IMG/VR virus record: IMGVR_UViG_3300020045_011389
Coordinates: 1 to 27,825 of that record
DNA: 27,825 nucleotides
Strand: one strand, 5' to 3'
Origin: a virus
Taxonomy: Duplodnaviria > Caudoviricetes
Made by a program: the position numbers and the translations under genes. Below are positions 15,921 through 25,565 of the stretch, one piece after another; position 1 is the stretch's first letter, and each line of letters begins with the position of its first letter. A model generated the notes under the pieces. That model was not told the origin of the DNA, searched no databases, and saw nothing but the letters and a program-made list of their open reading frames with translations.

Positions 15921-18900
15921 ATGTTAGAAGGAAACTACAGAAAAAAAGTTTATTCAACCCTGAAAGAAGAAGCGGGATTAACTATATCTGAGCAAGAGTT
16001 TAACAATAGATTAAATTCTGACGAAACGTATAAAGCAAAAGTTTATTCTGCTTTAAAAGATGACATGGGATTGACTATTTCCCAAGAAGAATTCAATAAT
16101 AGATTAAAAAAAAAAGATTCTACGAAAGCGCCATTACCATCTACTACAAGTTCGGTAAGTACGGAATCGGTACAGAAAGATGGTTCTTTGGACTTCTTAA
16201 AAAACAAACCACAAAGCCCGACTGATATTGTTCTTGAGGGTAATAGGCAAATTGCTCAAAATCAAAAAACTCCTGTCGTTCAAACTTCTTTTCAAGAACA
16301 ATCAAAAGTAGCAGACCCATTTAAAGGCGAATATAAAGAGACGTTAACAGGTAATCTTAAAAAAATCGACAAATCTACAATAGTTGAACCGGAAAGTTAT
16401 GCCAAACAAGTATTTAAAAAAGCTAAATCAGAAGTTGACGAAAATTTAACAGAAGAAAGGCTCTTAGAAGAAAAAAAACAATCCGGATTTCTTAATAATT
16501 TAGGTAAGGCAGGTAAAGCAATTTGGAATGTTACAGGGACGGGATTATCGTCTGTAAACGAAGCGTTAGGCGGTAGTAAAGATTATTTCACCATTGATGA
16601 ATACCAACCACTTCAAGACGAAAAAAAACAAGCAAAAAAAGAATTAGAAAAAGAAGGATTGCCTGTAACGAATGTTACTATTCAAAAAAGAGCTGAAGAT
16701 ATTTTCAGAAGCAACGATAAAAGACAACAATTAGAAAAACGTCTTGATGCCAACTTACCCGAAGATTATGACAGACAGGGTATTTGGAAAGAATTAAAGT
16801 TAGAGAACTTAAAGAAAAACAGCTCTTTAAAAGAGGCTGTAATTTCTGCTGAAGTTTACGAAAATCAAATAAATGAGTTTCAGAAATATTACGATTCGTT
16901 TAAAAACACTCCAAAAGAACAAATAACACAAGAACAGGTTGATAAGTACAACGAACTTCTACAAGACGCTAATGAGTCTGTGGAAGGGCTTAAATATTTA
17001 GACCAAAAGTTTCCTAAAATACTTGAAGAAGTGAAATCGAGTGATGAAATGCTCGATGTGTTTAAGTATAATTACAACGACTACGAAAAACACCTTTCAA
17101 ATATTAAAAATTTTGCCAAAGGGGTAGCGGGAGGAACGCTTAAATTAGCAGAGGAAAGCGCAAGGTATCTTGATGAAAAAACAGGGTTAGATACAGATGT
17201 CTACGGTTTCAGAAAAGGCAATATTGAAATGGCTGACGAGGTTTTGGACGAGGCTTCAGAGGATAGAGAACAATACATCAAATACAAAGCGAAAGACATA
17301 AATAACTTTTCTGACGTAGGCTCATTTCTGGCAGGATTAGGCACAGAGCAATTGCCTATTTACGCGACTTTAGCGGTTGCCCCTGAAATCGGATCGGTTT
17401 TAATTGGAACAATGTCCGGTGGTGAAAAATTCAGAGAAATGGAAGTTGAAGAAAAACAACCATTCGCCAAACAAACTACTTTTGGTCAAAAATTAGCGAC
17501 TTCTTATCTATATGGTGGCGCAGAAGCGCTTTTTGAAAAGTTAGGTACCGCGTCAATTCTAAAAAACATAGAGAAATCTATTGTGAGAGCTTCAAATCCG
17601 TCAAGAGTACTTATTCAAGACGGGGCAATGAAAGAAGTTTCTAAATTAGGAAAACAATTCGGATATAACTTTGGACTCGAAGGAGGCACTGAATACTTAA
17701 CAACAGAAGCTCAAATTGGCGCTGATAGATATGTTGCAGGAAAAGAAATATCAAGACAGAAAGCCAATGAAATGCGCTCAGAGAGTTTTATAGCCGGAGG
17801 TATAATGGGCGGAGGAATGACTATCGCAGGAGGTGTTTGGGGAGGTCTTGCTCAAAAAGCAAAACTTTACTCAGACAGTAAAGACATTCAAAAGACAAAG
17901 CAAATTTTATCTCAAATAGAAGTTTTAAGTGAAGAAGTAAAAAACAACCCAAATCTAACTCAAAACGAAAAAACAATTATTTACAAAAAAATGAATGAAT
18001 TAACAAATCAGTCATTTGAAATTGTATCTAAAAACGCGAATAGAGATAAGGATTTCAGCACTCAAGAAACTCAATTCTTAGTTGATGTTAATATTAAACA
18101 AGAAGAATTAAAAAGCAAACTTCAAGAAATTAAAGACTCTAATTTTTCTCAAAAGCAAAAAGAAATGTTTGTTAATGAGTTAAAGGAGCAATATTCCAAA
18201 TTGGAAGAAGATAGAGTTAAAACCTTAGATGGAAATTTCAGCGAATTGCCAAGTGACAGAAAAAAAATCACGTTTGAATCTAAAAAAGAAAACAATATAC
18301 AAGATGCAGAAACTCAAATTCCAACTACCGAAACAAAAATTGAATCAGAAGCCGAAGTACAAGAACAACCCGAAGTCAAAGAGGAGGTAAATAATAAAAT
18401 TTTCGAGTTAGAGAAACAGCGTGATTCAGAAATTGAGGCGTTAAAAACCAAAAGACTTTGGGATAAAAAATATATCGACCCTATCCGAGAAAAGTATGAT
18501 GCATTAATTCTTGAAGAAAAATCTAAAGGGTTTGATTTGTTTCATACTGGAAATGATGGACTTACTGTTGATGTAGTAAGTGTTGAGCCAAGACAGTCAA
18601 GACAAGGAAGAAAAGGAAAATATGGTGGTTTTTACACTTACGACAATATAAAGAACGTGATTTCTTTTATAAAAGGAAATTCTACGGATTCTGTTTATGG
18701 AATAAAATTAAATGACGGAGTTCAAATTACGGATTACGAAGGAAGTGTCGAGCGTCTTGACAAAGAAAAACTTGACGAATTAAGAAGTCAGGGAGTCAAA
18801 GTTATTAGGGGTAAGTCATTAGTTGGAAAAACAGAAGTTATCGTAATTGACAAATCAGCTATAAAATCTATTGAAAAAATAAATGAAACACAAACGTCAA

Positions 18901-21900
18901 GAGATTCTTCTACTAATGGAAACATTCGACCTACAACTGAGCAGATCGCAGACGTGGCAATTACAGAAAAACCAACAACCGAAGTTACTGAAACAGAAGT
19001 TGTGGAATCCGCCGTTGAACCTAAGTCAAGTAAAAGAGACAATAAAGTAAAAGGCGTTTTAAAAGATAAAAAATATACACTAAATAGCGGAGAAGAATTA
19101 GATATAAAAATATTCGACGGGATAAACGGCGAAGTAAAATCTTTTAACGATAGAAAAAACCAAGACAGGGTGTCTTTAGAAATGAAAAATTCTAAAGGAG
19201 AAATGGTTGGTATTGTTAGTTTTTGGAAAGATACGGACGGTAAATTTTATGCTAATGTAATAGACGTGAAAGAGAAATACAGAAGAAATGGAATTGCCTC
19301 TGCACTATATGATTATGCCGAATCTTTAGGAGTAGAAATAAAGCCGTCAAAAACTCAGACAAAAATAGGAGAGTCTTTTTTTAACACAAGAAAAGAAAGA
19401 AAAGAAAATCCAAATTATAATCCTGAAAATATTATAAAAGAAGAAAACTTTGACTATAAGACCGGAGAATCTACTGTTATTCTTGAAAAAACTCCTTCTC
19501 GCAAAGAAACCCGAATAAAAGCGACTGATGCTAAAATTGACGAAATTGCCAATTCATTAAAAGCAATTGAAAGCATTTACGGAATAAGAATAAAAGCCAA
19601 TACAGACGGAACAAATACTCAAGGAACATCTCGTGACCAATTAATTGATTTTATTGCTAAAACCGCTAAGGAAATTGCTAAAACGGGAATTTCAATTGAC
19701 GAAGCTATTCGAGCTGTAATTGCCGAATTGAGAAAATCTTACGATGTAGATATTGAAGTTGATGAGGTTAAAAATATTGTAGAGCCGAAAGTTGAAGAAG
19801 CGCCACAAGTACTTCAGCCAAAAGGAAAGCCAAGCTCATCAAAAGATTCTCGTAGAGAGAAAAGTTCTGAGGAAATTGCACAAGAATTAGGAATTTCTCA
19901 TAAAGAATATTTAGACCTTAAAGAATTCGCTTCCAACGAGCCTAAAAGTGGCTTATTCAATGAGTATTTAAGCGCTGACACTATTGCTGATGTTTTTGGA
20001 GACAAACCAACTAATGACCAACAATACGAACAACTTGTATTAACAAATGCAATTCAGCATGGAAATAATGTTTTAGAAAAAGCAAGAAATATTTTTGGCG
20101 AAGATTACATGGCTAAAACTTTGGAATTTCTACAAAATGCCAAATTAGGAAATTTTGAAAAAGCCGTAGTTTACGCAGCGCTTGAAAATGAAATCGATAC
20201 TTTGGTAAAAGCAAATCCGAGTAGCGTTCCGTTAAAAGCAATGCGAGAATTAATTTATGCCGATTCGCAAGCTAATTTAAGAAACTCATCTAAAGGATTA
20301 AATGCCGGAAGACTGAGAAGAATCCACAACGCTATTAAAAACGGCTACGATACCGACAAATTAACAAGCGGATTAATTACTCCTGCGCAACAAGAGGCAA
20401 AGAAAATTTTAAAAGATGCTATTCCTACAGGCGAGAATTTAAACAAGGCTTCTGAGGCAGAGGAAAACTCTGATTCAGAAGTTAAAACCTATACTCAAGA
20501 AGAATTTGACGCAGAAGTAAAAAAGGCTATTCAAGACGCTAAAAGCAAAAATAGAGGAGACTTTTCCAAAAAAGGCAAGGACATTGCAGATAAGATTAGA
20601 AGATTAAAGCTAAACAAAGACATTGCGAAATCTGATTTATCTCTTGGGGCTTATGATTTGGCTATCGAGGCAATTGCACAATTAGTTGAAAAAGGCGCTA
20701 CTGTCGCACAAGCAATTAAAAACGTTCTTGCTGATGCCCAATTTAAAGATATTGACGGCGACAAATTAAAGCAAGATATTTTAGGGGTAATGAAAACTCC
20801 TAAAATCCGTGATATTGTAAAACAAGCATTAATTGACGCCGGCTTTAGTCGTGAAATTACCGTGACCAAAAATGAAAAAGATTCTAACGGAAACGACGTT
20901 GTAGATGCTAACGGTAAAAAAGTAAAGGTAAAAGAGAAAAAACAAGTCTTAGATTGGGTAAAATTAACCGGTCGAATGAATAGCGTTGAAGCCCTTAAAT
21001 CCAATGTTGAGGCTAAATTAAGAGAGCAAGGTTATACTGATTCGCAAATTGACGAAATTAGCGCAGAATTAGAGGCTGAGTACAAAAGATTAACCGAAGA
21101 CATCGCTGATAAAGCCATGTCTGATTTAGAGCGTAAAAACCAAATAAAACCAACTCCAAGCAGAAAGTCAGACTTAGACAGATTGGTAGAGTATCACTCA
21201 AAAGGATTGTTTGGTCAAGATGCTAAAGATTACGAGAGATTAATCAACAAAATTGTTGGAATTTCCAAAAGAGAACAAGACGTTTTAGATAAGATTGAAG
21301 CCGAAATCGAAAAGATTAAAAACTTACGCGAGGTTAAAATTGACGGAAAGGCGCCTGACGCAAAATCTATTGAAACTCAATCAAGTCAAATTGCTCAGCA
21401 CATTCGTAATATTATTACTTGGGCAAATCTGAGAAATTCACCAATTAAACTAAAAGTTTGGACTATTGTAGCCGACATTGCAGGAATATCAAGAGCTGCA
21501 GTTTTAGGTAATTTATACAACGCAATGCAAAACTTATATTCCAATAAAAGAGCAGCGTTCTTAGCGAAAGCAAAGTTCAAATTAAAAGGCTATTCGACTC
21601 CGGAACTAAACTCTGCTTTAAATGAGTTTAAAAATGTAGTGATGCAAGATGTTTTGGTAAATAGAGGTGTTGATTTTGGGGATAGTGTTTCTCCTTTCTC
21701 TAACCATTCTATATTTATTGAGAAATTAAAAGATTACATAATGAACAAAACAAGCGGTAGAAAACAAACCGCCCTTATTGCAATATTAAACACCCTTGAG
21801 GGAAGATTATTTTTGAATATTATGGATAGTCGTTACAAATCTAAAATTGTAAATGTAGACTTCATTATGAATGCGGTTGACGTGCTTACTTCTGAAAGAG

Positions 21901-23453
21901 AAGGAAAACAAAAAATGACAAAGCAAGAGGCGGTTGAATTTGTTTCTAATGCGCTTACCGGGGTTAATCTTGAGAAAGCAAAAGTATTGGCGCAACAATT
22001 CATCAAAGACGTTAACGCAATGAAAGAAGGAACGTTAGTTGATAACGAGTACAACGTAAATCGATTGGCATTTGATTTGATGCGCGAAAACCTTACGTCT
22101 GGAAATAATTTCACGATGGAAGAAATCAATGATGTTTATGACGCCTCGATGAAATCCGGGGGTTTAAATATTGGCCACGAGTCAAACAACTTGATTTCGA
22201 AGTACGTTAAACTTCAAAATAATGACCTTGATAAGCAAATTCAAGACGCTGTAAAAGAAAAGGATTATGACAAGGCTTCTCGATATACGTTTTACGCTAT
22301 GATATACAAGAATTTTGTTAATCCTTATGTTGGAGGAGGAATGAATTGGGCTGTCATAGAAGCAGAAGCCGGTACACCAATTGGATTAGCTACAGGATTA
22401 AACAAAATGCGTAAAAATAAAGAAGTAGACCTGCTTACTGATGTAGGTAGAAAAAGAATGAAAGAAGACTTGGCGAATAAGCGAGATGCTGAGAGTAAAT
22501 TATTTAGAGGTGTTTGGGGAAGTATTGTCGGAATAACTACATTCTTAACCTACCAAGGAATAAAGACACTTGCTACCGTTGGAGATGATGATGACGAAAA
22601 TAAAAGATTGTTTAATCAGTATTTAAAAGAAAATCCAGAACAAAGAAAAGCATTCGATAAGTTTTCTCCGGATATTTTAGCATACTCATTGGCAGAATCA
22701 GATGAAAGACTATCAAAATGGCTATTGAATAAATTAGGCTACAAAACGGATCAAAACGACAACGTATTTACTTTGATTAAATCTTTAGACAATAAAGATA
22801 GTTCAACTTCAGGAGCAACGGGTGTTTTATTAGGACAAGTATTTTCTACTCCGAGCGCTTGGAGAATATGGCGAGATTTAAGTAGATTGCGTGCGGAACT
22901 AAAAGGAGAAACACCAAACCAAACTCAATTTAAGGTAACGAGTTTCTTAAATGGCTATTTTAAAGGTGCTTTTATTGATTACATCGGCAAAAGACCGGGA
23001 GTGAATTATGATTTAGAAAAAGTAAAAAAAGTCGTTAAAAACGAAAAGACTAAATTCACTAAGGAAACTAACGGAATTGCCAATGATATAACTTCGGGTA
23101 AAATAACAATTCCGGAAGCGGTAAAAGTCATTAATGAAAAATACGCAGGTAATCCTGAGTTAATTAAAAAAGCAGAGAAGGTAGCGGTAAATGCTATAAA
23201 AGACCAAAAAGTTCGTGAAGGATTAAAAGACGCAGACACTTGGTACATGGAATTCTACAACGAAAGCGAAACATTTGCCAAGGCGTATATTTTATACCAA
23301 AACGCTATTAAGAACGAAGACTTTAAAAAAGACGCTGAATTTGTTAAGAATTTGAACTTAGCATCAAGCGGAATGAGTCAAGAGAAACAAGCGGAATTGG
23401 CTCAATGGGTAACTCAGTTTAAAGATGTTGAGGAGCAGAAAAAGAAAAAATAG
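15921..23453 (+). CDS. Large internal virion (ejection) polyvalent protein with ART-like and GNAT domains
   Basis: 2510 aa, Cys-free and helical. G/A-rich segments typical of ejection proteins (YGGAEALFEKLG, EGGTEYLT). ART-like domain at about aa 870-985 and GNAT at about aa 1080-1155. Confidence 0.8.
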   Translation: MLEGNYRKKVYSTLKEEAGLTISEQEFNNRLNSDETYKAKVYSALKDDMGLTISQEEFNNRLKKKDSTKAPLPSTTSSVSTESVQKDGSLDFLKNKPQSPTDIVLEGNRQIAQNQKTPVVQTSFQEQSKVADPFKGEYKETLTGNLKKIDKSTIVEPESYAKQVFKKAKSEVDENLTEERLLEEKKQSGFLNNLGKAGKAIWNVTGTGLSSVNEALGGSKDYFTIDEYQPLQDEKKQAKKELEKEGLPVTNVTIQKRAEDIFRSNDKRQQLEKRLDANLPEDYDRQGIWKELKLENLKKNSSLKEAVISAEVYENQINEFQKYYDSFKNTPKEQITQEQVDKYNELLQDANESVEGLKYLDQKFPKILEEVKSSDEMLDVFKYNYNDYEKHLSNIKNFAKGVAGGTLKLAEESARYLDEKTGLDTDVYGFRKGNIEMADEVLDEASEDREQYIKYKAKDINNFSDVGSFLAGLGTEQLPIYATLAVAPEIGSVLIGTMSGGEKFREMEVEEKQPFAKQTTFGQKLATSYLYGGAEALFEKLGTASILKNIEKSIVRASNPSRVLIQDGAMKEVSKLGKQFGYNFGLEGGTEYLTTEAQIGADRYVAGKEISRQKANEMRSESFIAGGIMGGGMTIAGGVWGGLAQKAKLYSDSKDIQKTKQILSQIEVLSEEVKNNPNLTQNEKTIIYKKMNELTNQSFEIVSKNANRDKDFSTQETQFLVDVNIKQEELKSKLQEIKDSNFSQKQKEMFVNELKEQYSKLEEDRVKTLDGNFSELPSDRKKITFESKKENNIQDAETQIPTTETKIESEAEVQEQPEVKEEVNNKIFELEKQRDSEIEALKTKRLWDKKYIDPIREKYDALILEEKSKGFDLFHTGNDGLTVDVVSVEPRQSRQGRKGKYGGFYTYDNIKNVISFIKGNSTDSVYGIKLNDGVQITDYEGSVERLDKEKLDELRSQGVKVIRGKSLVGKTEVIVIDKSAIKSIEKINETQTSRDSSTNGNIRPTTEQIADVAITEKPTTEVTETEVVESAVEPKSSKRDNKVKGVLKDKKYTLNSGEELDIKIFDGINGEVKSFNDRKNQDRVSLEMKNSKGEMVGIVSFWKDTDGKFYANVIDVKEKYRRNGIASALYDYAESLGVEIKPSKTQTKIGESFFNTRKERKENPNYNPENIIKEENFDYKTGESTVILEKTPSRKETRIKATDAKIDEIANSLKAIESIYGIRIKANTDGTNTQGTSRDQLIDFIAKTAKEIAKTGISIDEAIRAVIAELRKSYDVDIEVDEVKNIVEPKVEEAPQVLQPKGKPSSSKDSRREKSSEEIAQELGISHKEYLDLKEFASNEPKSGLFNEYLSADTIADVFGDKPTNDQQYEQLVLTNAIQHGNNVLEKARNIFGEDYMAKTLEFLQNAKLGNFEKAVVYAALENEIDTLVKANPSSVPLKAMRELIYADSQANLRNSSKGLNAGRLRRIHNAIKNGYDTDKLTSGLITPAQQEAKKILKDAIPTGENLNKASEAEENSDSEVKTYTQEEFDAEVKKAIQDAKSKNRGDFSKKGKDIADKIRRLKLNKDIAKSDLSLGAYDLAIEAIAQLVEKGATVAQAIKNVLADAQFKDIDGDKLKQDILGVMKTPKIRDIVKQALIDAGFSREITVTKNEKDSNGNDVVDANGKKVKVKEKKQVLDWVKLTGRMNSVEALKSNVEAKLREQGYTDSQIDEISAELEAEYKRLTEDIADKAMSDLERKNQIKPTPSRKSDLDRLVEYHSKGLFGQDAKDYERLINKIVGISKREQDVLDKIEAEIEKIKNLREVKIDGKAPDAKSIETQSSQIAQHIRNIITWANLRNSPIKLKVWTIVADIAGISRAAVLGNLYNAMQNLYSNKRAAFLAKAKFKLKGYSTPELNSALNEFKNVVMQDVLVNRGVDFGDSVSPFSNHSIFIEKLKDYIMNKTSGRKQTALIAILNTLEGRLFLNIMDSRYKSKIVNVDFIMNAVDVLTSEREGKQKMTKQEAVEFVSNALTGVNLEKAKVLAQQFIKDVNAMKEGTLVDNEYNVNRLAFDLMRENLTSGNNFTMEEINDVYDASMKSGGLNIGHESNNLISKYVKLQNNDLDKQIQDAVKEKDYDKASRYTFYAMIYKNFVNPYVGGGMNWAVIEAEAGTPIGLATGLNKMRKNKEVDLLTDVGRKRMKEDLANKRDAESKLFRGVWGSIVGITTFLTYQGIKTLATVGDDDDENKRLFNQYLKENPEQRKAFDKFSPDILAYSLAESDERLSKWLLNKLGYKTDQNDNVFTLIKSLDNKDSSTSGATGVLLGQVFSTPSAWRIWRDLSRLRAELKGETPNQTQFKVTSFLNGYFKGAFIDYIGKRPGVNYDLEKVKKVVKNEKTKFTKETNGIANDITSGKITIPEAVKVINEKYAGNPELIKKAEKVAVNAIKDQKVREGLKDADTWYMEFYNESETFAKAYILYQNAIKNEDFKKDAEFVKNLNLASSGMSQEKQAELAQWVTQFKDVEEQKKKK
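15936..16106 (+). repeat. Tandem 93-nt (31-aa) repeat at the N-terminus of the giant protein
   Basis: YRKKVYSTLKEEAGLTISEQEFNNRL versus YKAKVYSALKDDMGLTISQEEFNNRL. Confidence 0.9.
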
Positions 23454-23460
23454 ATTTAAA

Positions 23461-23490
23461 AAAAGAAACCCTCAATCAAGAGGGTTTTTT
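23461..23490. terminator. Bidirectional terminator between the virion module and the nin-like arm
   Basis: AAACCCTC-AATCAA-GAGGGTTTTTT with flanking A and T tracts. Confidence 0.85.
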
Positions 23491-23535
23491 GTTGTTACTA
23501 CTTCGGGGTCGACTACCTCGATTTCACTTGGCGAA

Positions 23536-24201
23536 TTACTCATTTTTTCGTTTTTTAAATCCTTCAAAATAATGCTCGAAAGTCGCATTAAGACTATGTT
23601 TTGGCTCTGCCATCATTCCGTTTATAAAACACTTTCGCATATCCTCATCAGTCCATTTCTTTTCGCCAATCTTCTTTACGTTCTCGGCAAATTTCTCTCT
23701 TTCAGTCATTAGGTTTTTAGCCATATCTACTTCTTGAGGAGTGTAATTTGACTTGGCGGATTCGTTAATTTTAGACATTGTTTCTTGAATAGTAGCGCCA
23801 ATTAAACCTCTATTATTTAATATTTGACTTGGAGAAAACCCTCTAAGAAGTAAATTGTTTTTTATTTCTTTTTCAAATTCTTCGACTTCTAACATATCAA
23901 ATTTCAGAAGTTCGTCGTCTTTAGGTATAATTCTATCTACAGCTTCAATATGGGCTTTCGTAAAATCAAAGTTTTCTGTCCCGAATTCTTGTCGGTCTTT
24001 TAGGGATTCTGAAATTGTTCTTGGCGCGGTGGTTGATGTGTAAATAGTATTAATTTTTTGCACTCCAACCAAAGTATCTTCGTCAAATTTCATTGATTCG
24101 CCAATTACACTCTCAACCAAGCAATCAAGCATAAACTTTCTTCTTTTCTTAGGCGATTCAAGACCTTTTAAATACGCCAATTGTTCGGGTGTTAAATTCA
24201 T
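23536..24201 (-). CDS. Hypothetical phage protein
   Basis: 221-aa ORF in a tightly packed - strand operon. Confidence 0.7.
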   Translation of the reverse strand: MNLTPEQLAYLKGLESPKKRRKFMLDCLVESVIGESMKFDEDTLVGVQKINTIYTSTTAPRTISESLKDRQEFGTENFDFTKAHIEAVDRIIPKDDELLKFDMLEVEEFEKEIKNNLLLRGFSPSQILNNRGLIGATIQETMSKINESAKSNYTPQEVDMAKNLMTEREKFAENVKKIGEKKWTDEDMRKCFINGMMAEPKHSLNATFEHYFEGFKKRKNE

Positions 24202-24205
24202 AATT

Positions 24206-24529
24206 TTAGATTTTAATTCGTTCTTTTATTTCTTGTATTTTTTCGCAAAGTTTAGATATTTTAACCGCTTCTTTTCTAACTTCTTCTTTATCAAAAATTG
24301 GCAAATCGTTAAAAATTCTATGGTCTGCTTCATTGTAATATTCCATAATAGAATCAAGCAATTCTTTTGTGACGTCTAAAATAAAAGCGGAATCCGGCAC
24401 AACATGAACAATTCTTTCGGCGCCATCTATAAAGTCGTAAAAATAAACTTGACCATTTGAATTTGGCAATATTTGAGTTGCTGATAACTTGATTGTTTGT
24501 CCGTGGCAAATTATTTCGTAATGTCTCAT
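24206..24529 (-). CDS. Hypothetical phage protein
   Basis: 107-aa ORF with 2-4 nt gaps to its neighbours. Confidence 0.7.
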   Translation of the reverse strand: MRHYEIICHGQTIKLSATQILPNSNGQVYFYDFIDGAERIVHVVPDSAFILDVTKELLDSIMEYYNEADHRIFNDLPIFDKEEVRKEAVKISKLCEKIQEIKERIKI

Positions 24530-24531
24530 AA

Positions 24532-24816
24532 CTAATAATTTAATTTATTATACAATGCAATAGCTTTTTCTTTTTCTGATTCGGGAAGTTTATGTATTGC
24601 GTAAGTATAGGTGTTTCCGAATTTGTTGCACCTTTTGTCAAGGATTCTTTCAAAGAATAATCCATGGACTGTTTGTAATTGTGAGACACGAGTTCTAAAT
24701 CCTGACATATACGAAAAATCAAATATCGATACGTGTCCTTGTGTAATCAAAGTAAGTAATACTTCTTGCTGATTTGTCTTAGGGTATTTAAACCCTTCAA
24801 ATAATTGTTCTTTCAT
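24532..24816 (-). CDS. Winged helix-turn-helix protein (HTH_39-like)
   Basis: QQEVLLTLITQGHVS...FRTRVSQLQTVHG...YAIHKL pattern. Confidence 0.6.
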   Translation of the reverse strand: MKEQLFEGFKYPKTNQQEVLLTLITQGHVSIFDFSYMSGFRTRVSQLQTVHGLFFERILDKRCNKFGNTYTYAIHKLPESEKEKAIALYNKLNY

Positions 24817-24818
24817 AA

Positions 24819-25565
24819 TTAGTTTTGTTTTAATAGTTTAAGTTTCTCTTTGTAGTAATCACGGATTTCAATTAACTGCTCTCTATCCCATTCAAAATGA
24901 TTTTGCTTATATGCCTTGGCTTTTTCGTCAAGATAGCGCAAATGTTCAAATCCGTATCTTTGAATTATTCCTGAGCGATACCCCGATTCATTACCTTCTT
25001 TCCGGAGGTTACATTGCCGGCACTGTCCTGAAATATTTAATTCGTCGTATTTTAGGTTTGAAAAAAGCTCTGCCTTGTAAAAATGCCCAGCTTGAAAATC
25101 TTCGAGATATTGAATCCCACAACTAATACAGTCTTTTCCTTTATCTCGTAATCTAATATATTCGTGGCAAATGTTTTTAGTGTTACTAAGTAAGTGACCA
25201 AGTTTTACCCGGTCTTTTCTTTCGGCTTGAGCATTTTCTAAGTCGATTCTTGGCTGAGTGACTTTTATTGTGACCGTTTTTAAGTAATCCGCGCCTTCAG
25301 GCGTGTTTAGTAACCATTCTTTATAGCATCCGCATTTTTTACCAAGTCCAAAAATTCTCTCGTGCTGAGGTTCGTTACATCCGTACCCGATTGCCTTTGA
25401 TGTTCCTTTGCATCTTTTCGGTGTTTTAAGCGACTTTAGCTTCAAATCAACTTTCTTGTCCGCCTTGTAACATTCCGACGAACAAAAATCCCTATGCTTG
25501 CTAAAAACAGAGTTAAATTCTTCTCCGCATCCTTTGGCTTTGCAAATTTTAAAGTCTTGGCTCAT
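24819..25565 (-). CDS. ninG: NinG/Rap-family recombination endonuclease
   Basis: YIRLRDKGKDCISCG, FQAGHF, LKYDELNISGQCRQCN and GNESGYRSGIIQRYG. Confidence 0.9.
   Translation of the reverse strand: MSQDFKICKAKGCGEEFNSVFSKHRDFCSSECYKADKKVDLKLKSLKTPKRCKGTSKAIGYGCNEPQHERIFGLGKKCGCYKEWLLNTPEGADYLKTVTIKVTQPRIDLENAQAERKDRVKLGHLLSNTKNICHEYIRLRDKGKDCISCGIQYLEDFQAGHFYKAELFSNLKYDELNISGQCRQCNLRKEGNESGYRSGIIQRYGFEHLRYLDEKAKAYKQNHFEWDREQLIEIRDYYKEKLKLLKQN

Noticed and set aside
20748-20762. DIDGD in the giant protein, resembling the RNA polymerase DxDGD motif (crAss-like virion RNAP)
   Set aside because: It lies in a helical, charged context with no recognisable double-psi barrel motifs. Host-type promoters also argue against a phage RNAP.
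23472-23543. 23-aa minus-strand ORF (MSNSPSEIEVVDPEVVTTKNPLD) coupled to the 221-aa gene
   Set aside because: It ends inside the terminator hairpin and is too short to support. It may be a remnant.
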